Assembly (NCBI GenBank): GCA_963730935.1
Contig: CAVSTP010000004.1
Span: 1,536,001-1,600,000 of the forward strand
Reading direction: 5' to 3'
DNA: 64,000 bases
DNA from: an uncultured Nitrospiraceae bacterium
GTDB taxonomy: Bacteria > Nitrospirota > Nitrospiria > Nitrospirales > Nitrospiraceae
In this document: piece by piece, positions 39,811 through 49,601 of the stretch
Layout of the letters: the number at the start of each line of letters is the position of its first letter
How positions within the stretch are numbered: position 1 is the first letter of the stretch
Made by a program: the position numbers and the translations under genes
The notes under the pieces: generated by a model
Database searches by the model: none
Told to the model about the DNA's origin: nothing
The model's input: the letters and a program-made list of their open reading frames with translations, nothing else

Positions 39811-40848
39811 TTAGTCCCAGGTACGGGGGTAGTAGCCCGTGTGCCAGTATTCGAACAGAACCACCTTCCAGATTTCATCGACCGTCAGGTGTTGCTCCCA
39901 GGGCGGCATAACCGAAGCCCAAGGGAACCCTTCGTTCGGCAATCCGATTCCTCCCTTGGACACACGCCAGAAAATAAACGTCTCCTGCAACTGGGCGATC
40001 GTTCCTGGATCCGTGAAGTTCGCAGGGATCGGGTTGAACGCGAAGGCATGTAAGCCGCGGCCGTTTAAATTGTCGCCGTGGCAGAAATGACAGTTCTGGA
40101 AGAAAATCTCTCCGCCCTCACGCACATACTTCAAATAACCCTGGCTCTTTTCATCCCAGGGATTGGCATTGGGCTTCATCAACCGACCCATGCCCTGTTC
40201 CACAATGTTGGCGTTCGTGTACTCCTGATCGTACTTCCCTTCGGGATTTACACGATACGGATTCTGCGACGTCTGCAACACATAGGTCTTGCCGTGCACC
40301 TTGGTGCTGGCCGGCGGGGCCGGATGCACCGTGCGCAACTCGATCGGCTCTTCCGACTTGGGCTTGAGGGCGTTGTAGGAAAATCCGCCGATGAGGATCG
40401 GGAGCAGGACGAGATAAGCGTAGCGCAGGAGCTTGTTGCCACCGGTCTGCGCATCGAGCACGTTCAGAATCGGCTGCTTGAATTTCTTCCAGTCTTCCTC
40501 GTTGGAGGACACCCACATGAAGACGGCGATGAGCGACACCGTCCCATACATGGCGCGCACACTGAACGGAATCGGAGGATAGACCCGAAACTTCAGATAC
40601 AGCAGGATGAATGCCCAGAAACCGATACCCTGCCAGAATCGAGGAAGGGCCATCCCCATCGAACTCAACATATAACTCAGGCCTGCGAAGCCGGCGACGA
40701 AGATCGTCAACTCCGCGAGCATCTGCATCGGCATGTAGCCTTCGACCAAGCGCACCGTATTGGACGGAACGACATCGAAGATCATCCCGACCAGCAGGAG
40801 GAGTCCGATGACCCCAACCAAGGCGCCCACTGACATCAATGCTTTCAT
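39811..40848 (-). CDS. Membrane-anchored monoheme cytochrome c
   Basis: About five N-terminal TM segments; CHFCH; SVMPPW. Confidence 0.88.
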   Translation of the reverse strand: MKALMSVGALVGVIGLLLLVGMIFDVVPSNTVRLVEGYMPMQMLAELTIFVAGFAGLSYMLSSMGMALPRFWQGIGFWAFILLYLKFRVYPPIPFSVRAMYGTVSLIAVFMWVSSNEEDWKKFKQPILNVLDAQTGGNKLLRYAYLVLLPILIGGFSYNALKPKSEEPIELRTVHPAPPASTKVHGKTYVLQTSQNPYRVNPEGKYDQEYTNANIVEQGMGRLMKPNANPWDEKSQGYLKYVREGGEIFFQNCHFCHGDNLNGRGLHAFAFNPIPANFTDPGTIAQLQETFIFWRVSKGGIGLPNEGFPWASVMPPWEQHLTVDEIWKVVLFEYWHTGYYPRTWD

Positions 40849-40882
40849 GGGTATACTCCCTTATGTCTACAGACGTCCAAGA

Positions 40883-42193
40883 TTAGGAAATCTTCGGAGG
40901 CGGCGCACCCGCCTTCACCTGTGACAAATAGTCGACGATTTTCTTCAGCGCTCCGGCACTCAGCTTCTGCCCGAACACTTTCGGCATCAAGTTGTCAGGA
41001 AATCCCTTCACGACATAGGTGCTGGGAGAGACCACCGATTCCATGATGTATTCTGGAGTGCTGTGTGCAGTTCCTTTGTAAGCCGGATCCTTGAATCGAG
41101 TAGGCGCATTCGTCCCCTCTTCAAGCTTGGGACCTTGAGTACCAGTCGCACCTGGAATACCGGGAATCGTGTGGCAGACCGTGCACTGAGCCTTGGCAAA
41201 AATCTGGTCGACCGGCTCGGAGCCGTCTGCCAGCAGCGCGCTCGCGCCAGCCGGTTTATCTTCCTGCATCTTCGGACGATCGGCCTCCGGGATGAACTTT
41301 TCATATGACTTGGTAATTTCTTCGAACGACGGCGCATCACGGCCTTCCCGGACATAGAGCCAGGTGTCGACCGCCGCTAATTCGGGAAGCGACAGAGAGA
41401 TCGGTGGCTTGTGGATCTTCGGCATCGGGCTTTCTTTGTCGTTCGTGCCCTTCACGCCGTAGCCGGACACGACATAGCAGTTCGGACAGGCATGAGATTC
41501 GGCAATGTACTCCTGCCCGTTCTCTGCAGTTCCACAACCCGGACAGGCTTCTTTTTCGACAAAATCACGCTTGGCTGGATTCCCCTTTGAGTATTTGGGA
41601 TCTTCCAGCCGCTCCTTCCCCGCTCGTTCCGGAAGGCCAATCAAGTTCGGCGCACGCTCGCCCAACATCCCCGCGTGGAACGCATGGCACAGCGGGCATT
41701 GGCCCTTGCCGATCGCACCCTGCACCTTATTCTGCCCGATGCCGCCGAAGATAATTTTCTCACCTTCGTCGGCCAGCTGCTGCGGGGTCATCGAACTGAA
41801 GTCCAGCTTTTCTTCCTTTGGAGGAAACCCTCCCTCGACTTGAGGCAGCCAGTTTCCGTAACCGGAGAGAAACGCGGCCACGAAGAACATGAACCCGCCG
41901 ATCTTGAGCAGCGCGGCGAGGTTCGTAAAATAGAGGGCCATGACGAACGCCGTCAGAGTAATGATCACCAGCGACACGGGAAGCAGGCGGCTTTCGCCAT
42001 AGAAATTGGTCTTGTAATTGGCGATGGCAACGAAGAGGAAGAACGCCCCAATGATACCGATGAGGGTCTTGAAGGTTGCTCGCTTCTTGGCAACAGGATC
42101 ACCGATCGACACCTGGAAATATATGAGCAAGCCGACCAGCAGGGCCAGAACCACCCAGCCCATCGAGAGGGCTTCGTTAATCATATTACCCAC
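40883..42193 (-). CDS. Membrane-anchored diheme cytochrome c
   Basis: Four N-terminal TM segments; CPLCH and CTVCH with downstream MP ligands; extra CPGC and CPNC. Confidence 0.88.
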   Translation of the reverse strand: MGNMINEALSMGWVVLALLVGLLIYFQVSIGDPVAKKRATFKTLIGIIGAFFLFVAIANYKTNFYGESRLLPVSLVIITLTAFVMALYFTNLAALLKIGGFMFFVAAFLSGYGNWLPQVEGGFPPKEEKLDFSSMTPQQLADEGEKIIFGGIGQNKVQGAIGKGQCPLCHAFHAGMLGERAPNLIGLPERAGKERLEDPKYSKGNPAKRDFVEKEACPGCGTAENGQEYIAESHACPNCYVVSGYGVKGTNDKESPMPKIHKPPISLSLPELAAVDTWLYVREGRDAPSFEEITKSYEKFIPEADRPKMQEDKPAGASALLADGSEPVDQIFAKAQCTVCHTIPGIPGATGTQGPKLEEGTNAPTRFKDPAYKGTAHSTPEYIMESVVSPSTYVVKGFPDNLMPKVFGQKLSAGALKKIVDYLSQVKAGAPPPKIS

Positions 42194-42269
42194 GTTTTAT
42201 CCTCCTGCGGCTACACCGGTGGGAGACGAACAAGTCTCCCACCGCGAGCCAATGCTCAATAAGGGATGA

Positions 42270-44183
42270 TTAGTGGCTGCCAGCAGGTTGCGGCGCGCCG
42301 CCGGGAACTCCCACTTTCTCGCCGACCGGCACTTTCTTCGCCGTCAAACTGCCCAACCAGAAGACGAAGAGAATGCTGACCCAGAAGAACAGCACATTAA
42401 ATGAAATCATGTTCGCGGCGAATCCCACCGTGTGCGTATAGGCCCAGGGCGAGTTGTCCCGCATGATCTCATTGACGTGCCAGAACAGCCGGACCGAGGA
42501 GCGGATATACCCCATCAATCCCATCATCCAGGTGAAGGCCGTCGCGAGCATGATCAATGCGTACTGCGAACGAGCGGAAATCTTACCCCACTCGATCGGT
42601 CCCATCTGCTTGGCCCCCTTCATCATCACGCTATTCAGGGCGAACATGAAGAAGAGGCAGGACAGGGTGGTCGCCACTTGGGGAACGGAAAGCCCGACGC
42701 GGACGTTGGCTGGAATGTAATACCCGTAGATCGCCAGCCAGATGATGTTGACATAGGCAAAGAAGAAGAAACAGCCCATGAAGATGTTTCCGAACTTCGC
42801 CCAAGAGACGGTGGAAACCTTGTTCCCACGCATGTACCACACAAAACTCAAAACTGTGGTGGTAATGATGACGTTAATACCGCCGTTCTTGGCGGACATG
42901 ACGCCGTAGTTACCGAGCACCGGATGTTGCTGACCTCCCATCGCCTTCAACTCAGCGGGGGACATGACCATTGTATGCGGAGTGATGAACACCAGAAATC
43001 CGCAGACGAGAAGAAATACGAGGTACTTGATGTACCGCTGATACTTCTCAGCGCCACGCATCCGACCCATTGCCTGCCACAGATAGTAATTGGTGCTCAA
43101 GAAGAGGATGCCGATCATGGTGGCCTGAATGATGAACAGCCAGGCCAGCAGACCGCCCATCAATGTGATGCCCATCTGCTGGCGATACGCATAGACTTCA
43201 CGCATCAGCCAGTACCCAGCGAAGGGTAGCGGAATCAAGAATGCCACACCGAGCGCCATCGCGATATAACCCATCCAATCGTAATGAGCCCGATCTTCCT
43301 CGTTCTTGGCCGCGAGGAACTTATAGGCCGCATAGGCCGCGACGACACCGCCACCGAAGGCCATGTTGCCAAGGATGCGGTGCACGTTGAGCGGGTTCCA
43401 CAAGGCTGTGTGAATCACATGCCAGATATTGCCAAGGAACCGGCCCTGCTCATCGACGCCCGCGGGCGACATCATGAAGCCGATCCAGGAGTTGGCCAAC
43501 ATCATCAACAGGGTTCCGATGACGTTCAGAACCACCGACATGCTCAGATGGATCCACTTGAGGAATCCTTCCTTCATCTTGTCCCAACCGTAATAGTAGA
43601 TGTAGAGGGTGCCGCTCTCGGCTACGAACATCAGCGCATAAATGTGCATCACTGGACGGAAGATGCTGGAAAGATACCCGAAGAAAGCGGGATAGAGCGT
43701 TAGGAAGGTGAAGATCAGGATGCCGCCCAGGATCGCCGTCAACGAATAGGCCGTGAGGCTGATCTTGATGAAATCATAGGCCAACTGATCGTAGCGTTTC
43801 GCGAGTGCTTTGTCTTTACAGACGATCCCCATGAACTCGATCACCATACAGAAGATCGGCACGGCCAGCACGAAGCTGCCGTAGTAGAGGTGCTGCTGGT
43901 TCGCGAACCAGAGCAGCACGCGGCTCTCGAAGTTATACCGCGGATAGTCCCTGGGACCATCCGTGGTCTTCGGCGCCGGCGCACCAACCACAATGCCTTC
44001 GGTTTTGTAATAGACATCGCGTCCCTTCTCGACCTTGTCTCCATCCTTCTTTGCTCCGTCCGCGGCCGCTTCCTCACCGGCTGCCGGCGAGGGAATCGAG
44101 ACGACCACGGGAAGCAGGAGAAGGGTGATCATCGCGCAGAGCGCCATGATTGAAAACACCTTCTTGCCGGTTACAAGACCCAT
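42270..44183 (-). CDS. Cytochrome bd-like oxidase subunit (CydA homolog, no Q-loop)
   Basis: QQHLYYGSFVLAVP (helix-I His), WIH, ANSWIGFMMSPAG, NVHRILG, and C-terminal MGYIRSSVRLFW in place of GRQPW. AAGGAGG precedes the ATG at 44183. Confidence 0.85.
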   Translation of the reverse strand: MGLVTGKKVFSIMALCAMITLLLLPVVVSIPSPAAGEEAAADGAKKDGDKVEKGRDVYYKTEGIVVGAPAPKTTDGPRDYPRYNFESRVLLWFANQQHLYYGSFVLAVPIFCMVIEFMGIVCKDKALAKRYDQLAYDFIKISLTAYSLTAILGGILIFTFLTLYPAFFGYLSSIFRPVMHIYALMFVAESGTLYIYYYGWDKMKEGFLKWIHLSMSVVLNVIGTLLMMLANSWIGFMMSPAGVDEQGRFLGNIWHVIHTALWNPLNVHRILGNMAFGGGVVAAYAAYKFLAAKNEEDRAHYDWMGYIAMALGVAFLIPLPFAGYWLMREVYAYRQQMGITLMGGLLAWLFIIQATMIGILFLSTNYYLWQAMGRMRGAEKYQRYIKYLVFLLVCGFLVFITPHTMVMSPAELKAMGGQQHPVLGNYGVMSAKNGGINVIITTTVLSFVWYMRGNKVSTVSWAKFGNIFMGCFFFFAYVNIIWLAIYGYYIPANVRVGLSVPQVATTLSCLFFMFALNSVMMKGAKQMGPIEWGKISARSQYALIMLATAFTWMMGLMGYIRSSVRLFWHVNEIMRDNSPWAYTHTVGFAANMISFNVLFFWVSILFVFWLGSLTAKKVPVGEKVGVPGGAPQPAGSH

Positions 44184-44265
44184 GGGATACCTCCTTGATG
44201 CATTCCGATAAAATCTTTTAAACATGCCTAGTCACTCTTAATGAGGGTACGACTCTCCGCGGCTG

Positions 44266-44388
44266 TTACTTGCGGAACAGGTACCAGTAATCCAACCCTT
44301 GCATATCCATCAGATAGTGATCGACCAGCGTGAAATACGCGACGCAGATCACGGTCGAAATCAGGATATAGAAAATCGTCTGCCCCAT
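44266..44388 (-). CDS. Small single-TM membrane protein (40 aa), not in the ORF track
   Basis: MGQTIFYILISTVICVAYFTLVDHYLMDMQGLDYWYLFRK; strong RBS GAGGAGGAG; directly upstream of the CydA-like gene. Confidence 0.75.
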   Translation of the reverse strand: MGQTIFYILISTVICVAYFTLVDHYLMDMQGLDYWYLFRK

Positions 44389-44451
44389 CTTCAGCTCCTC
44401 CTCAACTCAACGAAAGACGTAAGGTTAATTCACCCATTCCGTGCCCTGGGC

Positions 44452-44577
44452 TCAGCAGGGGCACTGAATGCCGGCAAACCAATAGAAAAACCACAGGCCC
44501 GTCGCAGCGGTGATGTAGAAAATCATTTTTCCGATTTTGACCTTGATCTCACTGTCTGGAGCGGTTGCCGTTGCCAT
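44452..44577 (-). CDS. Small single-TM membrane protein (41 aa) ending in CPC, not in the ORF track
   Basis: MATATAPDSEIKVKIGKMIFYITAATGLWFFYWFAGIQCPC; RBS AGGAGAAGGAG. Confidence 0.75.
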   Translation of the reverse strand: MATATAPDSEIKVKIGKMIFYITAATGLWFFYWFAGIQCPC

Positions 44578-44701
44578 CACTGTCTCCTTCTCCTGGTAGG
44601 GAATAAAAATGCGTGTGATTTACCTCGGCCCGTTTCTTGACACACACGGATCCGTATGTTATTCAAAATTCGTCGTTGGGCGCGTAACCGCAGGGAAAAC
44701 C

Positions 44702-44806
44702 ATGAATAAAAACTCAAAAGTGTTCGACATTATAGTTTTGGCTGGTATGGTTGTCAATATCATTCTGGCCGTGTTTCTGATCCTCTATTACTTCGATTTT
44801 CTCTAG
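44702..44806 (+). CDS. Possible 34-aa hydrophobic peptide
   Basis: MNKNSKVFDIIVLAGMVVNIILAVFLILYYFDFL; TTGACA upstream at ~44637. It overlaps the opposite-strand promoter, so it may be spurious. Confidence 0.35.
   Translation: MNKNSKVFDIIVLAGMVVNIILAVFLILYYFDFL
44729..44757 (-). promoter_or_regulatory. Consensus sigma70 promoter for the microprotein/bd-like/cytochrome operon
   Basis: TTGACA-ACCATACCAGCCAAAAC-TATAAT: perfect -35, 17-nt spacer, perfect -10. Confidence 0.8.
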
Positions 44807-44808
44807 AC

Positions 44809-45709
44809 TTAGCTCAGCTTTTCCCTAGTTCCAGATCCCGCAAAACTGCCCGAAATCGCGCACCGAAATCCGATTGTTTCGTCGCGGAAATCGGGCACCA
44901 TTTTGCTCCGGCTGGTGATACGAATATCACCCCCGCTCGTGGTGTACCCTCCCCCTCTCATGACTCGGTAAGTCCCAAATTCCGGGCTAGGGGGATCCTT
45001 GTCGGGAGACTCCTTGTAATAGGCCTCCTGGTACCAATCACCCACCCATTCCATCACGTTACCGGCGCCATCCATGACTCCGTAAGGGCTCTTATCCGTT
45101 TCAAACGTTCCCACACGTGCGGTGACGTCGTGGCCATCTTGCACCCGAGCCCAGTTGGCTCCGTTCGGCTTTTCCAGATTTCCCCATGGCCACAGCCGGC
45201 CGTCCGTGCCTCGCATGGCCTTCTCCCATTCGGCTTCGGTGGGCAGCCGCTTGCCTTTCCAACGGCAATACTCATTCGCATCATCCCAGGATACATACAC
45301 GACAGGCTGATTCGGTCCCCGCATCTTGCTCGATGCTCTTCGCGTAGCGCGAAGGAGGCGCAGCCTTGCGGTGGCCAGTGGCGAGGACGAATTGCTGGTA
45401 CTGATAGTTGGTGACTTCGAAGCGGTCAATCGAGAACGTGTCGACAGTGATCGTCCGTTGCGGTTGTTCGTCAAACCCGCCGCTCATCGTGCCGCGTAGA
45501 AACGGCCCAGCGGGGATCGTGACCATTTCATCCTGAATCGGTTCTTCCTGTGAGGTGGATTCGGATTCGGAAGGGACGGAACCCTCCGTGGCCGACGGAT
45601 CCTCTTCATAAGGAGTCAGCGTCGTTCCACGAAGGATGCCCATGATGGGGAGAGCAGCAAAGGCGACGACCACGAGGAGAAAGGCGACCTTGAATTTCGT
45701 TTCAAGCAT
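44809..45709 (-). pseudogene. Membrane-anchored FGE-sulfatase (SUMF1/NirV-like) domain protein, one frameshift at ~45331 (likely error)
   Basis: MVTIPAGPF..G...DEQPQR...FEVTN then [26 protein letters not shown]...DGAGNVMEW...RGG...GFRCA. Confidence 0.85.
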
Positions 45710-45718
45710 GGCGTTCCA

Positions 45719-46640
45719 TTAAGACGTCGGCGCGTGGCCTCCAGGCTCGAGGTCGCTGGCACAGCGGATCCCGATCGTAATATCTGTGCGCCAGTGTTTC
45801 GCCGCGAATCGTTTAGATAACCGCGCGTTATGCTCGGTCTCCCGCCACGATCCGCCCCGAACCACGCGCAGATCGCTTTCGCCTTCCGGACCCTTTCGGA
45901 TCACGGTAGGGAGATTTTTTGTAATAGGTTTCGTCGTACGTGTCGTTGACCCACTCGGCGACGTTGCCGGTCATGTCATATAACCCATAGGGACTGCGCC
46001 CGGCATCGAACGAGCCCGGCGGAGCCAGATATTTGTACCCGTCTTCGCTGCCATCGACATTCGCGCCGTTGGTGACGAACTTATCGCCCCAAGGGTACGT
46101 TCGCTTGCCTTCACCGCGTCCGGCCTTTTCCCATTCGGCTTCCGTCGGAAGACGCTTCCCCGCCCAACGGCAGTAGGCCAACGCTTCATCCCATGAGACG
46201 CTCATGGCGGCGAATTCCGGCTTGAGGAGCTTGGACTGATCGTCTTCGAACACTTCAATTCTGGGAGCCTGGCGTTTGGTCATCTTGGCGAACCGCGTGT
46301 ATTCTTCCTGCGTCACTTCTTTCCGATCGAGGAAAAAACCCTTGAGAAACACCTGATGTTCAGGCACCTCATCCGGGTCGCCGTCCTGGCTGCCCATCAT
46401 GAACGGTCCTTCAGGGATTTGAACCATTTCGCGACCTTCATCGCCCATCTTGGTCTTGTACATCGAGTAGTCCTGCGCGGGAACATTGCTGGCTGCAGGT
46501 CGGGCCTCAGTTTTCACCGACTGGGCGAGTTCTTTCATCTTATAGGCTTTGTTCGACTCATAGAGCATCATGACGATCATGAGAATGAAAGACCCGAAGA
46601 CGAAGATGATGGATCCGATCAAGACGCCTTTATTTTCCAT
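45719..46640 (-). pseudogene. Membrane-anchored FGE-sulfatase domain protein, one frameshift at ~45892 (G run; likely error)
   Basis: [39 protein letters not shown]; the C-terminus RVVRGGSW...GIRCA is in ORF 45719..45904. Confidence 0.85.
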
Positions 46641-46666
46641 AACCGTTTATGCTCCTCGCTGATCGC

Positions 46667-47036
46667 TCATGACGAAGGATCAGCCGTCTCCGATTGGGCC
46701 TTTCTCGCGGCCCGCACGTCCAACAACATAGAAATCTGCACACCGAGAAATCCGCCCATCGCTGCTCCCGCGCCTGCGCCCACCGAGATGCGCTCGGGCC
46801 CTGCCACGACCCATGCCAAGACACCCCCGAGAAGGCTGCCGATCAAAATACTGACGAGGAAGCGCCTCCCCCCGAGAAAGCCGATGACCCCACCCATGCA
46901 CCAGGCCGACGGCGATCGCCACCGGCATGAGGCCGCCGCCCATGATGAGACCGATCAAGCTGCCGACGGTGCCCATGACGGCTAGCCCGAACACAATATC
47001 GAGCCACTTGTGCAGGGGCATGGTTTCGGCTGTCAT
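46667..47036 (-). pseudogene. Small Gly-rich four-TM membrane protein, one frameshift at ~46900
   Basis: Hydrophobic GxxxG-rich ORFs 46680..47051 and 46667..46897 join at [17 protein letters not shown]. Confidence 0.65.
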
Positions 47037-47057
47037 GACATCCACGCTCACAAGCGC

Positions 47058-47705
47058 CTATTTTCCCGACGTCGCCACCATCGGTCCGAAATCGATTTCC
47101 ACACCGGGACCGGCAATGATGGAGATGCCCCAGGCTTTGGCCGCCGGCTCATGCTGGTGGATCCGCTTGAAGTCTTCATAAGCGTTCACTTTTTCTTCCA
47201 CCCATTGGCCGACCTGGGTCGTCCCGCTTTGCACGACGATCTCGGAGCCGCTGAACATGCCGCCTTCGATCACGGTGCCTTCAGGTTTGGTCGCGCTCCA
47301 GATATATTTGGTGAACACCGGGATGAACATGAGGTCGGTATCCAGTGACGCATACACGGCGGCGAGCGGCTCCGTGCCCTCCGATGCCTTGTTCAACCGC
47401 CAGCGCCAGGTCAGGACCGGATAGGCTTTGGGATCCCAATCGATTTTCTTCTTCTTGATCCGTTGTCCGGCATCCTTCGCCGACAAGAAATGTCTTCCGT
47501 TCTCGGATTGAACTTTATACGCTTCACGTCCCTTTGAGTGGCTGCGCTGGCTTTCATGGTCCCAGCTTGCGGGAAACCCATCGGCTTCCTTTGCCTGAAA
47601 GTCTTCCAGAACCAACTGCTGTCCCTGCGCTGAAAGCGACCCAGCCGACAACGCCAAGAGGGCAACCAGTCCCGCGGCCATCATGACATTCCCAATCCTG
47701 CTCAT
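47058..47705 (-). CDS. Exported DUF3047-like protein
   Basis: Signal peptide; LTWRWR, KYIWS, IVVQSG, W.EEKVN.YEDF motifs. Confidence 0.7.
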   Translation of the reverse strand: MSRIGNVMMAAGLVALLALSAGSLSAQGQQLVLEDFQAKEADGFPASWDHESQRSHSKGREAYKVQSENGRHFLSAKDAGQRIKKKKIDWDPKAYPVLTWRWRLNKASEGTEPLAAVYASLDTDLMFIPVFTKYIWSATKPEGTVIEGGMFSGSEIVVQSGTTQVGQWVEEKVNAYEDFKRIHQHEPAAKAWGISIIAGPGVEIDFGPMVATSGK

Positions 47706-47731
47706 GTCTTCAACAATTCCTTTCTGATGCT

Positions 47732-49594
47732 TCACACCTCTTGCGAGGAAGCCGGCGCGAACGTCTGTGAAGGCGTATCGAACAATTCTTCTCCCAGTTC
47801 CTGCTGCTGTCCCCGCTGGCACATCCAAAACAGGGCGAGCACCGCGCTCCAAAACACGACCATGTTGAGCGTCACCATCTTGGCGGCAAACCCAAGTTCC
47901 GGCGTGAAGGCCCAGGGCGAGACGTCGGCCATCACTTCGTTAACGTGCCAGGACAACCGGCCTGATGACCGGATGTATCCCATGAGACCCATCACCCATG
48001 TAAAGGCGCCGGCCAGAGCGAACAGCACCACCATGCCTCGAACCGAAATTTTGCCCCATTGCACGGGCCCGTGTACGAGCGATCCTTTGAGCATGGCACG
48101 ATTGATCGACAGGCTGGCGACGATGACGGTCAGCGTCGTGACCGCTTGCGGCGTCGAGAGGCCCACGCGCAGTTTAGCGGGCAGATAAAAGCCATAGACC
48201 GAAAGCCAGGCCACATTCACCAGTCCCACGGCGAAGAGCGTCCCGATCAGGATGTTGCCGGTCTTGACCCAGGATACGGTCATCGTGCGATTCGCCCGCC
48301 GATAGATAGAGGTAACTCAAGGCCGTGAGGAGAATCATGACGTTAACCGCGCCGTTCTTGGCGGACATGACGCCGTAATTCCCCACCACCGGATGCTGCG
48401 CGCCGCCCATCGCTTTGAGCTCGCCCGGCGGACATCAAGACCGTATGCGGGGTCAACCAAATGAACAGTGCCAGGGTCAAGGCCCCGACCAGGACCTGGT
48501 AATACGATTGATACCGCTCCCCTCCCTTGATCCGCGCCATGCTTTGCCAGATGTAGTAGTTGATGCCGAGCAACAGGGCGCCGATCAGCAGGGCTTGGAC
48601 GACGAAGAGCCATGTCAACAATCCACCCATCATCGTCACGCCCATGCTTTGGCGGAACGCGTACACGGAGCGCATCAGCCAATAGCCGGCGATCGGCATC
48701 GGCAGGAGTGCGCAGACGGTTACGAACAAGAAAATGTAGCCGACCCAATCGAAGTAGGCGCGCTCGCCATCCGTCTTGCTCGTGAAGAAGCGGTAGCAGG
48801 CATAGGCCAGCACGACGGCGCCGCCCGACATGATGTCCGCCAGGAAGCGATGGACGTTCAACGGATTCCAAAGCGCGGAGTGGAGCAGGTGCCAGCCGTT
48901 CCCCAGAAACCGGCCTTGGGCATCGACGCCGGCCGGCGACATCATGAAGGCCGCCCAGGAATTGGCGAGGAGGAGGAGTGCCGTTCCAAAGATGTTAGTC
49001 AGGATGCCGATGGCCGCATGGATCCACTTCAAGCCGGGCTCCGCCATGCGGTTCCAGCTGTAGTAATAGAGAATGAGCAGCAAGGGATTCGCCGACGAAT
49101 ACGATGGCATAGGCCGGCATGAACGCCTTAAACGTTCCCCCCATGTAGTTCATAAAACTGGGATAGAGCCAAAGAAACATCCCGAGCATCAGACTGCCCA
49201 CGACAGCCGTGACGGACAGCGCGAGCAATGCGACTTTCGCCAGGTCTCTGGCCAAACCGTCATAGCGCAGCGACAACCCCGGCTTGTTCGTCAGCAATCC
49301 CAGAAACTCCAGCAGGGCGCAGAAGATCGGCAACGCCAGCACGAAGCCGCCGAAGTAGGTGTGCTGCTGCGTGACAAACCAGACGACGAGACGGCTGTCG
49401 AACGAGCCGATCCGTGAATACACCGTGTCCGTCGGCGACGGCGCGGCAGGACCTTGGGGAGTCCCCGGTACTTGGTAGTACAGATCCGCAGTATCCTCTG
49501 CGTGCACAGGAAGCGGAAGCCCAATACCCGCCACAAGTCCGCAGGCCAACACTGCAAGAAGAAAAGCCGTTGAGAGGCATCTATACGTCGACAT
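47732..49594 (-). pseudogene. Second cytochrome bd-like (CydA homolog) subunit, interrupted by about three frameshifts (~49090, ~48425, ~48305)
   Basis: Four ORF pieces colinear with 42270..44183: QQHTYFGGFVLALP, WIH, NSWAAFMMSPAG, PLNVHRF, QHPVVGNYGVMSAKNG, MGYIRSSGRLSWHVNE. Confidence 0.85.
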
Positions 49595-49601
49595 TATGAT
49601 T

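Noticed and set aside
42270..44183. Calling this gene canonical cydA (quinol oxidase)
   Set aside because: It has no Q-loop, an altered GRQPW region and no cydB, so the symbol was withheld.
44809..46640. FGE/C-type-lectin-fold genes as targets of a diversity-generating retroelement
   Set aside because: No reverse transcriptase and no template/variable repeat pair were seen in the window.
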